Assembly: GCA_031316235.1 (NCBI GenBank)
Contig: JALDRA010000001.1
Coordinates: forward strand, 2,580,001 to 2,612,000
Source of the DNA: Candidatus Scalindua sp.
GTDB lineage: Bacteria > Planctomycetota > Brocadiia > Brocadiales > Scalinduaceae
DNA: 32,000 nt
Reading direction: 5' to 3'
The notes beneath the pieces are model-generated. The model saw nothing but the letters and a program-made list of their open reading frames with translations, was not told where the DNA came from and ran no database searches. Shown here piece by piece: positions 30,488 through 32,000 of this stretch (positions are counted from its first letter, which is position 1; every line of letters begins with the position of its first letter). Position numbers and translations under genes: made by a program.

Positions 30488-30535
30488 GAGGGATGAGAGA
30501 GCTAACAGGACTGGCTGTGGCTCTCTCAATCCCTC
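30488..30535 (+). terminator. Stem-loop 16 nt downstream of htrA (possible terminator or RNA-stability element, no U tract)
   Basis: GAGGGATGAGAGAGC (30488-30502) pairs with GCTCTCTCAATCCCTC (30520-30535). This gives 15 bp with one bulged A and a 17-nt loop. The following sequence is A-rich, not T-rich. Confidence 0.35.
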
Positions 30536-30752
30536 AAAACCAAAGTGAGTGTGGGTCTGTTAGAAAAATAATTCATATTTTTTTCCTTTGTAACGTAAAC
30601 ACACCATGTATGGATTTTCTGCTTCAGCTGTTATATAATCCGTTTGATAGGAGGCTTATGTTTGTTACGCCAGTTGTGTCTATGAAAATACCCGCTGCTG
30701 CTCAGCTTTTTGTTGATGCAATGCTTTGTCTCTTCCGTAAAAAGGAAATCTC

Positions 30753-30780
30753 TTGACGAAACCCCGAATTTCTATATAAT
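30753..30780 (+). promoter_or_regulatory. Near-consensus sigma70-type promoter upstream of the small secreted-protein gene
   Basis: TTGACG (30753-30758), a 16-nt spacer, then TATAAT (30775-30780). It would give a leader of roughly 125 nt before ATG 30913. Sequence pattern only. Confidence 0.35.
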
Positions 30781-30912
30781 CTAGCAGTAAAATTCTTTTA
30801 CGGGTTATTAAGCTTTTCATGGTGAGAGGGGGTGGTGTTAGGCTCATAGAAGAAGGTACAAATGTATTTTACTGTTTGATTAAGATTTTAATTTGTAGGA
30901 AGGGAGAAAACG

Positions 30913-31263
30913 ATGTTAAGTAAGTTTAAATATTTGTTTGTTGCAATAGTTGCTGTTGGTATTGTTTTTTGTTTAAGCAATCTGGGGTCTGCATATGAAG
31001 AAAAACCTGCTAGTATCCAAGTGGTAGTAACAGGCCTTGGTTATGCGGTCGAAGACGCTGAGGTAACTTGTGGAGAAGATTCTTCTACAACAGGTAAAAA
31101 CGGAATTGCGACCTTTCAAGTTAAAAAGGGATTTTATACTTTGTCAGCTGCCGGTCCACATGGGGGAGAGGCTAGCCAGGATGTTCGCGTAAGCCCTGGT
31201 GAAATAGTACAAGTAACATTTGAATTAGGTGCAGGAGCTCTTAAGGTTTCTGGAGGCCACTGA
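30913..31263 (+). CDS. Small secreted protein with a carboxypeptidase-regulatory-like (CarboxypepD_reg-type) beta-sandwich
   Basis: A GGAAGGGAG SD lies upstream. Has a hydrophobic signal peptide (KYLFVAIVAVGIVFCLSNLGSA). The mature part (IQVVVTG.G..VEDAEVTCG....TTGKNGIATFQVKKGFYTLSA) follows the usual pattern of that fold. Confidence 0.6.
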   Translation: MLSKFKYLFVAIVAVGIVFCLSNLGSAYEEKPASIQVVVTGLGYAVEDAEVTCGEDSSTTGKNGIATFQVKKGFYTLSAAGPHGGEASQDVRVSPGEIVQVTFELGAGALKVSGGH

Positions 31264-31278
31264 TTACAAAAAGTACCT

Positions 31279-31319
31279 ATTATGGACTTTAGGGTAAAAA
31301 CAGCCCTGAAGTCCATAAT
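31279..31319 (+). terminator. Strong hairpin just after the 30913-31263 ORF (probable transcription terminator)
   Basis: ATTATGGACTTTAGGG (31279-31294) pairs with CCCTGAAGTCCATAAT (31304-31319). The arms are 16 nt with one mismatch and the loop is 9 nt. It starts 16 nt after the TGA stop. The downstream TGCTTTCC is only weakly T-rich. Confidence 0.5.
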
Positions 31320-31532
31320 TGCTTTCCACTACTTGAGTGCGTTTATAAGCCATACTGCACCTCCTGCACCTATTCATTTCAACTCATTCCCGCCATGTCT
31401 GCATTAGTTAGATAATTGTTGCCGATTTACTACAAGCAATATTGTTTTTGAGTTGGTTTTGCTCTTTCCCCTCTTTTTTTTGTACAATAGGTCCGAAGCT
31501 TTTCTAAGAAAATTGTTCACAGAATTGTTATC

Positions 31533-32000
31533 ATGGCTGGAAAACTGGATGTCGATACCGTTAAAGCTGAAATCCGTAGTATGAATGAGGCTAACTTGAG
31601 ATCAATCATGGACATTTTGGCATTGGAGATATCGAAGAGTTCCCATGATAGTGGTCCGGAAAGTAACATTCTGATCTCAGAAAACACATTAGCGGAATAC
31701 ATTTCTGAAAAGTTCAGCAGTATGGATGAATTTCATGAGAGGGTATTGCAAAATGACAAAGGGATCAGAGGGATTCAGGCTTTTGCGGAAGCTGTTTATC
31801 AATACTTTAATCAGAAAGATCACTTAAGTTTTCACCTGGTAAAAGAGAGTATAAGCAGTAAAAAAGATATTATATTGAAAACAATAACTGACTTGGTAGC
31901 ATATAAAATTTCTCAGAGCTCAAATGACAAAGGTCCTGAGATGAATTTTATCACAGCAGAAACGTTCGTTGCTGAATACATATCGAAGTTTTTCAAAAGC
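31533..32000 (+). CDS. Hypothetical protein with internal 93-aa repeats (3'-truncated by the window edge)
   Basis: Not in the ORF track because it runs off the window. I translated it by hand from ATG 31533 (in-frame stop upstream at 31488). It is open for 156 codons to nt 32000: MAGKLDVDTVKAEIRSMNEANLRSIMDILALEISKSSHDSGPESNILISENTLAEYISEKFSS...ITDLVAYKISQSSNDKGPEMNFITAETFVAEYISKFFKS. There is no clear SD and I recognise no family. Confidence 0.55.
   Translation, partial: MAGKLDVDTVKAEIRSMNEANLRSIMDILALEISKSSHDSGPESNILISENTLAEYISEKFSSMDEFHERVLQNDKGIRGIQAFAEAVYQYFNQKDHLSFHLVKESISSKKDIILKTITDLVAYKISQSSNDKGPEMNFITAETFVAEYISKFFKS
31605..32000 (+). repeat. Diverged intragenic tandem duplication (period 279 nt / 93 aa)
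   Basis: Residues 25-63 (31605-31721) align without gaps to residues 118-156 (31884-32000). By my hand count 20 of 39 positions are identical, including ..GPE.N......AEYIS. Confidence 0.6.

Noticed and set aside
30478-30756. 92-aa + strand ORF directly after htrA
   Set aside because: It has no SD and no recognisable domain. It contains the 30488-30535 stem-loop near its 5' end, and its last codons overlap the -35 of a near-consensus promoter. The region is more likely non-coding.
1-32000. tRNA, rRNA, CRISPR arrays, or a defence, toxin-antitoxin or biosynthetic gene cluster
   Set aside because: I scanned the intergenic regions by eye. I found no T-arm-like GTTCGAATC motifs outside CDSs, no regularly spaced repeats, and no ORFs with nuclease, toxin or biosynthetic motifs. 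I can support nothing of this kind from the sequence.

Overview
Nt 1-26506 form one uninterrupted block of core transcription and translation genes, all on the + strand. It holds the 3' end of rpoB, then rpoC. These are followed by the str genes (rpsL-rpsG-fusA-tuf), S10 genes (rpsJ to rpsQ), spc genes (rplN to rplO, secY, adk, map, infA, rpmJ) and alpha genes (rpsM, rpsK, rpsD, rpoA, rplQ). Many junctions are tight or overlapping (TAAATG, ATGA, TTGA), which is consistent with translational coupling. The last 5.5 kb is accessory-looking. It encodes a Cys-based dual-specificity phosphatase, a YjbQ/UPF0047 protein on the - strand, a lipoprotein that fuses a LecA/PA-IL-like domain to a thioredoxin-like domain, an HtrA/DegP protease, a small secreted beta-sandwich protein, and the 5' part of a protein with an internal 93-aa repeat. 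I found no rRNA, tRNA, CRISPR array, transposase, integrase or recognisable defence, toxin or biosynthetic module, so I cannot support a claim of a new multi-gene system in this window. The best leads are: (1) an AT-rich Methyltransf_32-like SAM methyltransferase ORF wedged between rpsM and rpsK; (2) the lectin-thioredoxin fusion lipoprotein; (3) a four-Cys insertion in EF-Tu; (4) the repeat protein at the 3' edge. Smaller oddities are an insertion in L17, no rpmD, unusually long spacers before rpsC and rpoA, and a G9 tract at the rpoA ribosome-binding site. The lineage is not determined. G+C looks moderate to low, and several proteins are in their zinc-binding Cys forms.
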